Below, piece by piece: positions 52,985-64,000 of a DNA stretch of 64,000 nt; the first letter of the stretch is position 1, and the number at the start of each line of letters is the position of its first letter. Below the pieces are notes generated by a model. The model searched no databases, was not told the origin of the DNA, and saw only the letters and a list, made by a program, of their open reading frames with translations. This stretch comes from Torpedo marmorata (lineage: Eukaryota): positions 224,564,001 to 224,628,000 of the forward strand of contig OZ360220.1 of the NCBI GenBank assembly GCA_977017645.1. The letters are read 5' to 3'. The position numbers and the translations under genes are program-made.

Positions 52985-53800
52985 TCACACAGATTTACAG
53001 CACAGAAACAGGTTCTTCGGCCCAACTTTGTCAGGCACCTCACTTGTATCCAAGAATAATACAAATATCTGTGTCAAGGCTCCTATAATTTCTTCTCTAG
53101 TTTCTCAATATCCTAGGATACTTGATCAGGCCCTAGAATTTATCTACTTTTGTGACTAAAGATGTCCAGCACCTCCCCTCCTGCAATATGAACTTTCAAG
53201 ACATCACTATTTTTTTTCTGGAGTTCCCTAGCCTCCATGTCTTTCACCATGATAAATAGAGATGAAAAATACTTGTTTAGGACTTTGCCTATTTCTTGAG
53301 GCTGCACATCTTGAAGGGACCCTGGTCTCTCCCATGTTACTCATTTGCCACTAATATGCTTGTAGAATCTTTTAGGATTCTCCTTAACCTTATTTGCCAG
53401 AGCAATCTCATGCTCCCTCCTGATTTCCATCTTAAGTTAACCCCTTATATCCTCTGCACTTAAGGAATTAACTTTATCTCACCTAACTACAACTCACATA
53501 TGCATTTGACTTTTTCTTAATCAGAGCCTCAATATCTCTGGTCATGCAGGGTTCCTTAATCTTTCCCAATTTGCCCTTCAGTCTAACAGGAAGATGCTGT
53601 CCCTGAATTCTCTTTCTCTCTTTTAAAAGTCTCCCATTTGCCAGGCATCCCATTACCTGCAAACAACCTCTCTCAATCAACCTTTTCAAGTTCCCGCCAA
53701 TGCCATCAACATTGGCCTTGCCCCAGATTAGGACTTTTAACTTGTGGACCAGTCCTATCTTTGTCCATAATTATTTTAAAACTAATGGAATTATGGAAAC
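52985..53800 (-). mobile_element. Old CR1-type fragments
   Basis: IQGQHLPVRLKGKLGKIKEPCMTRDIEALIKKK in ORF 53483..53689; CR1 tail near 52990-53030. Confidence 0.65.
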
Positions 53801-55641
53801 TATCTCCCACCCATGCTTGTAACCAACCACCTCCTACCCATAAGTCTACTGCCTCAACACCTGGCACACCCCCAACCTGAGACATCTACGATCATCCCCT
53901 CATCAAATGACAGAGGATGTGGAGGAAAGGCTTTCCTCATGCACGGTTAATCTCTTGTATTACAGATTTTTCAAACACCAAGCGCTTGTACAAAGCATTT
54001 GATTAGCATCTGTCTAATGCACCTCTGGCAGGCACTAACCAAATCCCAAGACAAAACATCTAATTTTATATTACAACATTGCACATCACTAATTAATTTC
54101 TATTAAACCTTGTGCAATTGTTAAAGTAAATTGCTAAAAATTAGCACATTGTAAATCAGTATGACACATCAGTAGCAGCAATAGACAAATGAACACAATC
54201 TGATAACAGAATGAGTAAAACTATTCTATACAGAAGTGCAATTTAAATAACTTTTGATTCCCAAAAATCTAGAATGACTTTTGGTTCTTTAAAAAGCTTA
54301 AAAGATCAAGCCCAAGTCCTGATTTCTTAGTTTAATTATGAGCATTTAGTGCATGACCCCCATTGTCCTTTACACTAGGTCACGTCCCTTCACGATGGAG
54401 GCAGATGCCATAAAATGGGTCAGGCTTTATTCATACCGCAGCTGTTGTTAGTATGAATAGATAGACTTCTGTTGTCTGCTTCCCTATGGGAGACAGGTTG
54501 ACACACTGCACGTTTAATGATGGAGCAAAGGTCCCAAGATTTGTCAGCCCAATTTTATGCTGCACTGGCTTGTCAAGATACACCGGTGTCTTTTATGCAA
54601 AATGATGCATGTGTCAGAGCATGAAACCAATTGTCCTACACAAAATAATTATGAAAACAGCCAATGGAAGTGTGAGAGAAAAGACAAGCAGAGTGACAGA
54701 GATAACTAGACCAAAACTGGTAGAGTATTTCATGAATCCACTGCCTAGTTAGGGAGACAATATTGCCATTTTGATAAGCGTTTGTAGTTTAATTGATACC
54801 TCAATTTTCTTAATTAAGATCTATGACCTTCAAACATATTCACCTCTCAGAAATTAAGTGGATATTTAGATGCAGTTGGATTTTAGGCACAACAACCGAA
54901 CAATTAAGGGACTAGTCCAAAAATTCCATGTACCTAGATGGAGAATGTGGCCAGGTTCTGCATGAATAGTTTGCAGCTTCCTTAACAAGAGGAAAATGAA
55001 GACAGCATTGTAACTAAAGAGAAATAATGTAAAATGGATGGGGTAAGTATGGCAAGGAAGAAAGCATAAAAGGGTTTAGTATCTTTAAAATTGGATAAAT
55101 GGCAAGACCTAATGAAATATTTTCCAGGCTGTAAAGATGACATTGAGACTCTTTTCATCACTATAATGCCAGCGACTGGAGGGCTCCTAAGTCTACCTTT
55201 TTGTTTTACTACAAATGAAATGTAGCTTCATTACTAGATAAATAATGAGAAACAATTCTGAGGAACAGAATAAATAAGTTTACTTAAGCACAGATTAATT
55301 AGGAACAGTCATTATGAATTTGAAGGAAGGAGCTTCCTTTCTTGATGGAACTTTTTGAGAAGAGGAGGGTAGTCAATGAGCACTCTGTTGTTCAATTTTT
55401 AACAAGGCCTTTGACAAGATCCCAAGATAGACTGGTCAAGATAAACATTGGATCTGAAGTCACCTCTGAGACAGGAAGAAGCAGTCAAAGGTTCATGCAC
55501 GTTTTTGAGATTGGAAAGCCTTTCCCAATTGAGTTCCTCAGGATTCCATACTCAATTTCTTGCATTTTAGAATGTATATTAAATACTTATACTTACATAC
55601 AGGGGCTATGATATCAAAGCTAGCAAATGCATCAAGATATA

Positions 55642-56905
55642 CAGTGTCCTCCATAATGTTTGGAACAAAGACTTTTTTTTCCTTTATTTGCCCGTGCTCC
55701 ACAAATTTAAATTTGTAATCAAACAATTCACATGCAATTAAAGTGCACATTCTAGATTTTATTCAAGGTTATTTGTATAAATTTTGTTTTAGCCATGTAG
55801 AAATTACAGCACTTTTTATACATTGTAAAGGGACTGGTATTCCAAGACCTCCGCTGCTGATGATAGAAGAATTCTCATCATAATGAAGAAAAATCCCCAA
55901 ACGTCTGTCCGACAAATCCGAACCACATTTCAGGAGGCAGGTGTGAATATATCAATGACTACTGTCTGCAGAAAACGTCATGAACAGAAATGCAGAAGCT
56001 ACACTGCAAGATGCAAACTGTATGGTTTGGATCTTGGGTAGTTCCTTTACGCCTCCACACTTTGCTCTTGCCATCACTCTGATGCAGGTTAATCTTGGTC
56101 TCATCTGTCCATAAGACCTTTATCCAGAATTCTGCAGGCTCTTTTAAATACTTCTTGGCAAACTGTAATCTGGTCATCCTTTCTGTGGCTAACTAGTGGT
56201 TTGCATCTTGCAGTGTAGCCTCTGTATTTCTTTTCATGAAGTCTTCTGCAGACAGTAGTCATTGACATATACACATCTGCCTCCTGAAGTGTGTTTCTGA
56301 TCTGTCGGACATACATTTGGGGATTTTTCTTCATTATGATGAGAATTCTTCTGTCATCAGCAGTGGAGGTCTTCCTGCGAATACCAGTCTCTTTGCGATT
56401 ACTGAGCTCATCAGTATGCTCTTTCATCTTAATGATGTTCCAAACTGTTGATTTTGGTGATCCTAAGGTTTGGGCGATGTCTCCAACTGTTTTATTCTTG
56501 TTTTTCAGCCTCATAATGGCTTCTTTAACTTTCATTGGCACAACTCTGGTCCTCATGTTGAAAAATGGCAACTACAGACTCCAAAGGTGATCAAAAACTT
56601 AGAAGCAAGCGTAGCTTTCTTATACCTGCACCAATGAAGCAACTAAACATACCTGAGTAATCACAAACATCTGTGAAGCCAAATGTCCCAAACATTATGG
56701 TGCCCAGAAATGAGGGGTGCATGTATAAAAAGTGCTGTAATTTCTACATTGTCAAACCAAAATGTATACAAATAACCTTGAATAAAATCTGGAAGGTGCA
56801 CTTTAATTACATGTGAATTGTTTGATTACAAATTTAAATTTGTGGAGCATAGGGGCAAATAAAGGAAAAAGAGTGTCTTTGTCACAAACATTATGGAGGG
56901 CACTG
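55642..56905 (-). mobile_element. Tc1-family transposon, internally deleted, with long TIRs and an internal inverted duplication; inserted in an old CR1 fragment
   Basis: cagtgtcctccataatgtttgg / caaacattatggagggcactg with TA TSD; about 180-bp TIRs. Transposase N-terminus IAQTLGSPKSTVWNII..RKTSTADDR..ARCKPL, then RLQFAKKY..VLWTDETKINL. Confidence 0.93.
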
Positions 56906-59900
56906 TAGATAGTCTGGTAAGTTAGGGAGAACGACAAATAGAATTTAATTCAGTGAAGTGTTGTATAACTATTTGTGGAGGTGCATCAATCCAAAACAAA
57001 GGCAATAGATAGGAGGATAATGAGAGGCCAGAAAGTACAGAGCAACTTCAGAATACATGTCGAGGAATCCTCAAAAATAAAAATCGGCTGAACAAATGGT
57101 CTTGCTTTACTAGGAAAGATGCAAATCCACTGGAGAGAATACAGGGAAGATTCAAAAGGATGTTAACAGGACAGAAAATGTGTAACTGTTCAGAAACAGT
57201 GGATAGGTTGGGTAAGTTTGCTTTAGAGCAGAGGAGGCTGATGGGAGACAATCAAGCTATGACTGAATTAAGCTGCATAAAATTATGAAGGACCTAAATA
57301 CGAGTCAATTGGAAGGACCCATTATTCTTTACAAAAGAAAAAGGTGGATAACATTTAAAGTAAATGTTAGAAGGATTGCAGGAGGGATGAATAAAAATAG
57401 TTTTCACTCAGAGTTAAGAATGTGGAATTCAACGTGTGAGAGTAGTCGATAGAAATTACATTGAAAAAGCATTTGGATGTGTTCATGAAGCGCCATGACC
57501 TGCAAGCTAGTGAATTAAAGGTTAAAGTTGGGGTGGGATAGGCTCAATTACTCTTTTACAACTGCCATCAACACAATGGGCTGGATGGCCTCCCTCTCTC
57601 GTGTCAGACACAATTTCAAAGGTTATCGGGGATATTTAATCAGGGGCTCAAGCTCCATTTCTTCTTGGGGAAAAAATATTGCAAATTTAACCATTTTGAA
57701 TTTGCTGGTCTTATGATGCATATCAATTTTAATTTATATACATGGCCTAATTCTGCTCCTATCTGTTAAGGTCTTAATGATGATTTTTTTTTTTTTTTTT
57801 TTAAACTTGGGAGGTATAGAGATTTACAGAATATATATTTTTGTATATGCAGAATTTTCAAAGCATCAGGATATAGATTTTCCTTGGAATATACACAGAC
57901 AAATAAACACTGAACCGACAGGGTGCATGTTTATGTTAGATTGATTTCTACAGTCAGATTTTGCACTGTCTCAAGATCGCCAGTTGCATGTAGGCTGCAC
58001 CCATTTTTTCTCGCATGGTGCAAGCCATAGTCTGCAATTGACTTTTGGTAATGCATGGCTTTTCCCAATGCAAGTCATTTTCTCCATTGACTAGAGCAGT
58101 GAACAGTTTTGGCAACAGTAGGGCTCCATCGCCAGCTCACTGCCTGTCAACCTGGCTGTTGAACCTGAACGATTATGAATTGATCAATCTTAAACATTCA
58201 AAATCATGCTGGACTTGGCAAAAATGTGTATTTGAAAAATAGACTAACCAACAGGTAAAAACATTTCAATGATGACAATCAAATTAAAGAGAAACCTTCA
58301 TTCACTTTTTCCACTGGTTTTAATGGTCTCACAGACTTGTTTGTGTCAGGTTAACTCGTCTGACAGCCCCACCCTGAGCGCCAAAAAAAATCCCATGAGC
58401 AATTCACCAGCAAAATCCTAATAAATGGAAGTTCCTTCTTACTTTTCTTAACAATTCTACATTACCTCTAAACAGATGTTGTGAGCTGGTCCAAAAGGAG
58501 AGCTGTTTAAATAAATTAAGGGTAACTTTGTCAGGTAGGTTCTGGATACAGTGCAAGGAGCTGTTACAAAAGGCCCCCTTTACAACTGCACAGCCACAGA
58601 ACAAGCAGCTCTGCAAGCACCTGCTTGGTTTATAGGTGGAGCAAAGGCATAGATCAATATGATCTAGTTTCTCCTGGCAATCATCCAAATGAGAACTGCA
58701 CTCAGAATAATGTGAAAAATTGTTCATCTATGCAGACATATTTTTTTTAATAGTAATGCATAGTCAGATATAACAAGCTTTTAAATTTGACCAGACACCA
58801 ACAATGTATTTTGTATTTCATGCTTAAAAAGGTGTGGATTTTCAGAAAAGGATGTGAAGCTAGTTTGCAGCAATTATGGAATAATGAACATTATTGATCA
58901 ATAAAGTAGACCAATTTAGTTAAAGGGAAGGTTATGAGAATGGAGAAGGAAGAAATCAGACACGGAAAAAGAGGAATGAAGGGCAAGAGTGGAGAAAATT
59001 GAGATTGTAATTTTATGCAAGGCTCAATAATCATGTGTACTCAATGCAGCATAGAAAATATATTCTTGAACATTACTACAGCACTCTTTCAGAACAAACA
59101 CCATGTACCATGAGAAAGAAAATGAAGGTCACCATGCTTCTTCATCTACTTGACTACAATAGCTTTCCAGAGGCAAACTGATGGTACATCAGCAATTGAG
59201 AAACTGAAAAAAAAGTTTAAGCTGTGTCCAATTCTTTTTATCAGCAATAATCCAGAGCTTTTCATTTTCATCTCCAGTTGTGATGTAATTTTGTACACAG
59301 ATGGATTAACTCATCTTTGTCCAAAGACGTCATTGGTCTTTGCAAGTCCTAATCCTTACAGCGGCATGTCTAATTATCATTAGAAAGTGTCTAGGAGAAC
59401 TATGAAAATCAGCAGGGTATCTTCACATGAGCAATTAACATAAATTGGTAAACAAGGAATCTGAATTTGCCAAATTCTCTCATGTATGAAAAAATTGAGG
59501 ACAGCCTCTATGAGAGTCTATTTTTTTCAACATACCGTAATAGAAACATTTGAATTTTATCCATTCATTTTTGATTGCTAATATATTGTAAGGAAGGAGT
59601 GAAGCAGAAAGCAGATGTACCAGCACTTACATGGATCAGAATAGCATGCAAGGCTCATTTAACAAAAATTGTGGGTGATTGACAATCTGGATATAATTCT
59701 CCAGTTAAAAAATAGAGAATGGTCTCTCGAGACCAACCATACATTCTGACTACATTTGACAGGCCATTTGAAAATACATACCACACTAGCCACAGATGTC
59801 CATGCACCTTGTAAACATTTTAGAATGTACGCAAGAGTGAAGTTTCTTATACATGGAGTCTTTGCAAGGATTGAAGATTTGCAAGGATTGAAGTACATAC

Positions 59901-60003
59901 AGCAAGTTATCCTAAAATACCAACACACAAACTTATACACATAAAAGTAAGCGAATAAGATGGGTATACACACTGTAAGAGGCAGACTGGGAAGCCCACG
60001 TAC

Positions 60004-60078
60004 CCCGATGATGCCATTCAACTCTGCCATGGTCACTTGCTTTGCACGTTCCACGGCCTGTGCCACCTGTTGTTGATG
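60004..60078 (-). CDS. TLE1: TLE1-like Q-domain exon (75 nt; about exon 6), [25 protein letters not shown]; an alternative donor extends it to 59974 (+[10 protein letters not shown])
   Basis: ORF 59659..60087 contains the conserved TLE peptide. Acceptor ttctttctgtgaacgag|; donors |gtacgt (60003) and |gtgtgt (59973). Confidence 0.95.
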
Positions 60079-60384
60079 CTCGTTCACAGAAAGAAGATTC
60101 TTGTGTTAAATCACTAACCTTCATAACTAAATCCTGCTGCATTTTAAAAAACAAATATAATTGCTTCATTTATCACATTTCAGAAGTAGACCAAATTCAA
60201 ACTGTGTAGACCAAAATACTTTTGAGAAACCCTTACTAAAGCTCCAGAATGCATACCAGTAAAAGGAATTATGTAAAAAAATGCCTATCCTGTATACGCA
60301 TGCCTCAATGATGTGAATATATCTGAACCTGATAATGTCCTCACTCATTTACTGCATACACCTACAAACTTCCTGCAAGAATCA

Positions 60385-60640
60385 TAGAATAGGGATTAGG
60401 AAATATTTCTTCAATCATAGGGTGGCAAATCTGTGGAATTTGTTGTCACAAAGAGCTGTAGAGGCCAAGTCATTGGGTATATTTAAAGTGGTTGATCGGT
60501 TCTTGATGAGTAAGGGTTATGGGGAGAAGGCAAGAGAATGGGGTGGACAGGAAAAATACATCAGTCATGATTCGAACTGCAGAGCAGACTCCAAGGAGCA
60601 AATGGCTTAATTCTGTTCCTACATGTTATTGCCTTATAAC
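60385..60640 (+). mobile_element. CR1-type 3' end fragment
   Basis: RKYFFNHRVANLWNLLSQRAVEAKSLGIFK; tail atggcttaattctgttcctac. Confidence 0.8.
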
Positions 60641-61377
60641 AGCGAAAAACTGTATTTTTCCACCATTTCCTCATGCTTTAATCAAGTTCAAAAGAGTTTA
60701 CAACATTTTAATTCAAACCCAGTTGAAATCTGCTCATTCCAAATAGATTTGGAATCATTCTTCCAAATCTTCCTGGTTCCCATTCTTGGTACCACACCAC
60801 CCACACAAGAAGTAGAGAGTGAAAGGAAATAAGAGAGCCATTTATAATATACATCACAATCTTACAAACATATTTATGGACAACCAAACATTTCTCAACA
60901 ATAGTTCCTTTCTGGGGATGAGGATTCATGAAATGAAGAACCATAGTGATAATTCCTTGAAACCATGTTCATCAATGAAAATAAAAACATGAAATAGAAA
61001 TTTCATCATCCAGCATGCCATGCCTGTGCTCTTCAAGCTCAGTCCAATATTCTTGCTTTCCATCTATAACCCAAGTTCCTTATCCACAAGTACCTGTCCA
61101 CCTATTCCATATTATTCACACAATCAGATTTCACCACCATTTCCAGTACATCAATTTAAACACCCTACAACTCAGTGAAAAACTCTCTAGATCCTTTACC
61201 AATGATTATGAATCTACAACTTTAGTTATTGACTCACTTGCCAGAGGAAGCAAGTTTACATATATATCTACCTATTAAATGCATCAAAAATCATTTCCTG
61301 AAGTAAACTAACTGATTTTTCCTCCCTCCGATCTCTTCATGTGGCAGACTGTGCTAAGATCCTGATTCACCCCCTCT

Positions 61378-61652
61378 GCAGGGGAAAGGTACAGGAGCCT
61401 AAAGTCGAGCACTCAATGGCACAAGGACAGCTTCTTCCCCGCTGCCATCAGATTCCTAAATAATCAATGAACCAAAGTCACTGCCTTACTTTTCGTGCAC
61501 TATTATTTATATATATATTTTTTTTTTTTAAATATTTTTTAATATATACTATGTAATGTCGTAAGATGGTTATAATATGAATGTTTGCACTATGATGCTG
61601 CCGCAAAACACCGAATTTCATGACTTGTTCATGACAATAAATTCTGATTCTG
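61378..61652 (+). mobile_element. Short Rex1/Babar 3' end
   Basis: Reverse complement of the 20385-20610 family end; tail gacaataaattctgattctg. Confidence 0.85.
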
Positions 61653-61904
61653 TGCTCTTTCTAATATTTGGACAATGAATGGAGAAAATACAAGTAAAAC
61701 CAATACAATCACTTAGTATTAAAATCTACAACACTTTTCATTGTATTGAACTAGCATATTATAGTACAAACACTGCAATATATCAGAACTGTTCAAAAAC
61801 ATGCTTCCCTAAAACAGTAACAGATGTTCACATACATCAGTGCTGATAACTACCCAATTTACAAATACAGAACATAATTGCATTTTGACAACGAGTTCAC
61901 TTAC

Positions 61905-61967
61905 TTCCTGAGACAGAAAGGGAATCACTTGTGCACAAATCGTATTCAATCTTTTCGCTATTTCTGT
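61905..61967 (-). CDS. TLE1: TLE1-like Groucho co-repressor, Q-domain exon (63 nt; about human exon 5), TEIAKRLNTICAQVIPFLSQE
   Basis: Hand translation of the minus strand gives the TLE Q-domain peptide. Flanked by a T-tract acceptor (tttttag|) and donor |gtaagt; phase 0/0. Confidence 0.93.
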
Positions 61968-63160
61968 CTAAAAAAAATACGACAATTGATTAATGGCAAA
62001 ATGAAAATCTCAACATTCAAAAGGTCAAAATCTTCAGTGAATAAATGTTACATTACAAGAAAATGAATGCATCAACCTTTCATGTTTTAATGTGAAATAG
62101 CACTTGAGAAAACATCAGTCCCAGTGTCATTAAAATTAGCACAGACTGAGTAGAAGTTCTCTTATGAATTTTGAATCAAAAATAAAGAATGTACTTTTCA
62201 GTTCTTTCCTTAAAGATAAAAAACTTTACATAACAAGGTCATTCTGAAAGTGTTAAATTGAACAGCCATCATGTGTTAGCAGTTTCAATAATTTCAAAAT
62301 GTAATCATTCTGGGAAATATGACATTGGCTGTTTACTGATCATTCTTATATGAAACATGCAACCAGAAGTGAGCAAAGTACTCAAAATGTGTAGACCCAA
62401 AGAATGCTACCATTTTGATCAGTCCTTCCTTTGACTAAATCTCTGCTGTTTTGGCTATGTGTCTGATGTACAGATTGCTCCTTAATAAAACAATCCATGG
62501 AGTACTACTGATGCCCTTTTTTCCCTTTCAAACTACAATCTGAGATGCGTGACAGCATCTGCAAGTTAGGTTAATTTGCACTGAGCTTCTGAATCCAATG
62601 CAGCAGCAATAACACATGCACCTGCACCCAGAACCACTCCCACCTTGAATTGCACTAACAAACGTGAGAAATAAATCATTTGTATTTCAAGTAGTCTTGA
62701 GAGGCTGAATTAGAGCAGAGGATAAAGTCTCACATGGAAACCGATGACAGTGCAGCATCGCTCCCTCTACCCTCCATGTTGTATCAGCCATGACAATGTC
62801 TGCAAGATTCTGCACTAAGGCTTAAACCCACAAGAGCAAATGACTGAGCCACGACTGTTTTTAATTAAACATTTCCCATTTGAAAATCAAAGTGCAAGAA
62901 AAACAGTTGCAATTAAATATAATTTACAGAAATTGTCATATTTCAGATTAATGAACTTGTGTCCTCGTGCAGGAATTTAACTGTTGTATCTAAAATGCCG
63001 GGAACTATTTTGTTCTCACAAAACTCGATTAATCTGTATATTTGTAGCATTTTCAAAAGTCGTCTACATTTTCCAATATTGCTTATTGGGATAAATGCTA
63101 TAAATACAGGAAGTTCAACACAAGTTGACATTAACAGATATTTTGAAAAGCAGGAACATA

Positions 63161-64000
63161 CCGTATATTTTGGCGTATAGGTCGACTCGCAGATAAGTTG
63201 ACCCCCCTTTTTCAGCCTCATTTTAATGGTTTTATTGTATATATAACCATATAACATTTACAGCACAGAAACAGGCCAGTTCGGCCCTTCTAGTCCATGC
63301 CGAACACATTCTCCCACCTAGTCCCAAAGTCGACCCCCAATTTTTGGGCTGTCCGGGCCTCCCAGCAACAACCCAAAATTTGTTACAACACCCCAATCGC
63401 CAAGTAACAAAGCTGTAAATTAAGTAAAAAAAAAAACCAGTAAAAAACCTTTGCTTCTGGCCAGGCAGATGCCAAACGGAGCTGGATCCAAGTCTTCAGC
63501 TTCGGCTGCAGCCAGAGTCGGCGACGGGCAACTCCATTCTCCACATCGGGTACGGTGCTGTCCGCATCGAAGAAGTCGCCTCACTGCCCGGTGCAGGAAC
63601 CACGGCTACGTGTCGGCTCCCGGGCAGGAGCGGCGACCTCGGTCTCCCGGGCAGGAGCGGCGACCTCAGGCTCGCGGGTAGGAGCGGGGACCTTGAGCTC
63701 TACAATTGTAGAATTTCTGGGTGGTTTATGGCGGCACCCAGTGGTGGGGAGGTGTCGGGGAGCGGCGGCACTGGTGGTGGGGAGGTGCTTCCAGGGTCGA
63801 CCTATACGCCGAATTGGTTTTTCATGGGTCAACTTATACGCCGAATCGGGTTTTCAAGGGTCGATTTATACACCGAATCGGGTTTTCAAGGGTCGACTTA
63901 TACGCCAAATCGGCGTGGAGCTGTTTTTGAGCTGATTTTAAGGTCTCAAAAGTATATCCGGCTTATAAGTTGACCCCCGTTTTTTGAGAGATTTTTGAGG
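63161..64000. mobile_element. Tc2/Kanga-like non-autonomous element with GC-rich tandem repeats and a nested CR1 tail (about 63247-63326); probably runs off the window
   Basis: TA|ccgtatattttggcgtataggtcgac TIR; repeats of ggcaggagcggcgacctc and gggtcgacttatacgccgaa; no right TIR visible. Confidence 0.75.

Noticed and set aside
59659-60087. 142-aa ORF as a standalone protein
   Set aside because: Only 60078-59974 is TLE-like; the rest is intronic read-through.
36298-61967. Assignment to TLE5/AES, TLE3 or TLE4
   Set aside because: [45 protein letters not shown] and the ERDPGT micro-exon fit recalled TLE1 better; synteny or phylogeny would be needed for certainty.
63790-63915. CRISPR-like array
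   Set aside because: Tandem subterminal repeats of a DNA transposon; no unique spacers.

Overview
Eukaryotic (vertebrate) genomic DNA, most likely from a cartilaginous fish (ray or shark), judged from an HE1/V-SINE-like tRNA SINE and abundant CR1, Rex1/Babar and Penelope-like repeats. The only host gene I can support is a minus-strand Groucho/TLE co-repressor, best matching TLE1. Four coding exons are readable: 61905-61967, 60004-60078, 36298-36502 and a 17-nt micro-exon at 33196-33212. The rest is intron, densely filled with decayed and nested transposons: Rex1/Babar, CR1, L1 and Tx1 LINEs, a BEL/Pao LTR element, Penelope-like elements, Tc1, Tigger-, Tc2- and Harbinger-type MITEs, and SINEs. 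Most listed ORFs are transposon remnants or spurious. Highlights: (1) an apparent splice-versus-polyadenylation switch that could make a short WD40-less TLE1; (2) a 5S rRNA-headed SINE and a CpG-rich non-coding retroelement that share a Rex1-like 3' tail; (3) a BEL/Pao element whose RT/RNase H/integrase region is replaced by a coiled-coil-like sequence; (4) a Penelope-associated insertion that copied its own flank into a ~640 bp palindrome. Family assignments and exon numbering come from recalled motifs, not database searches, and many repeat boundaries are approximate.
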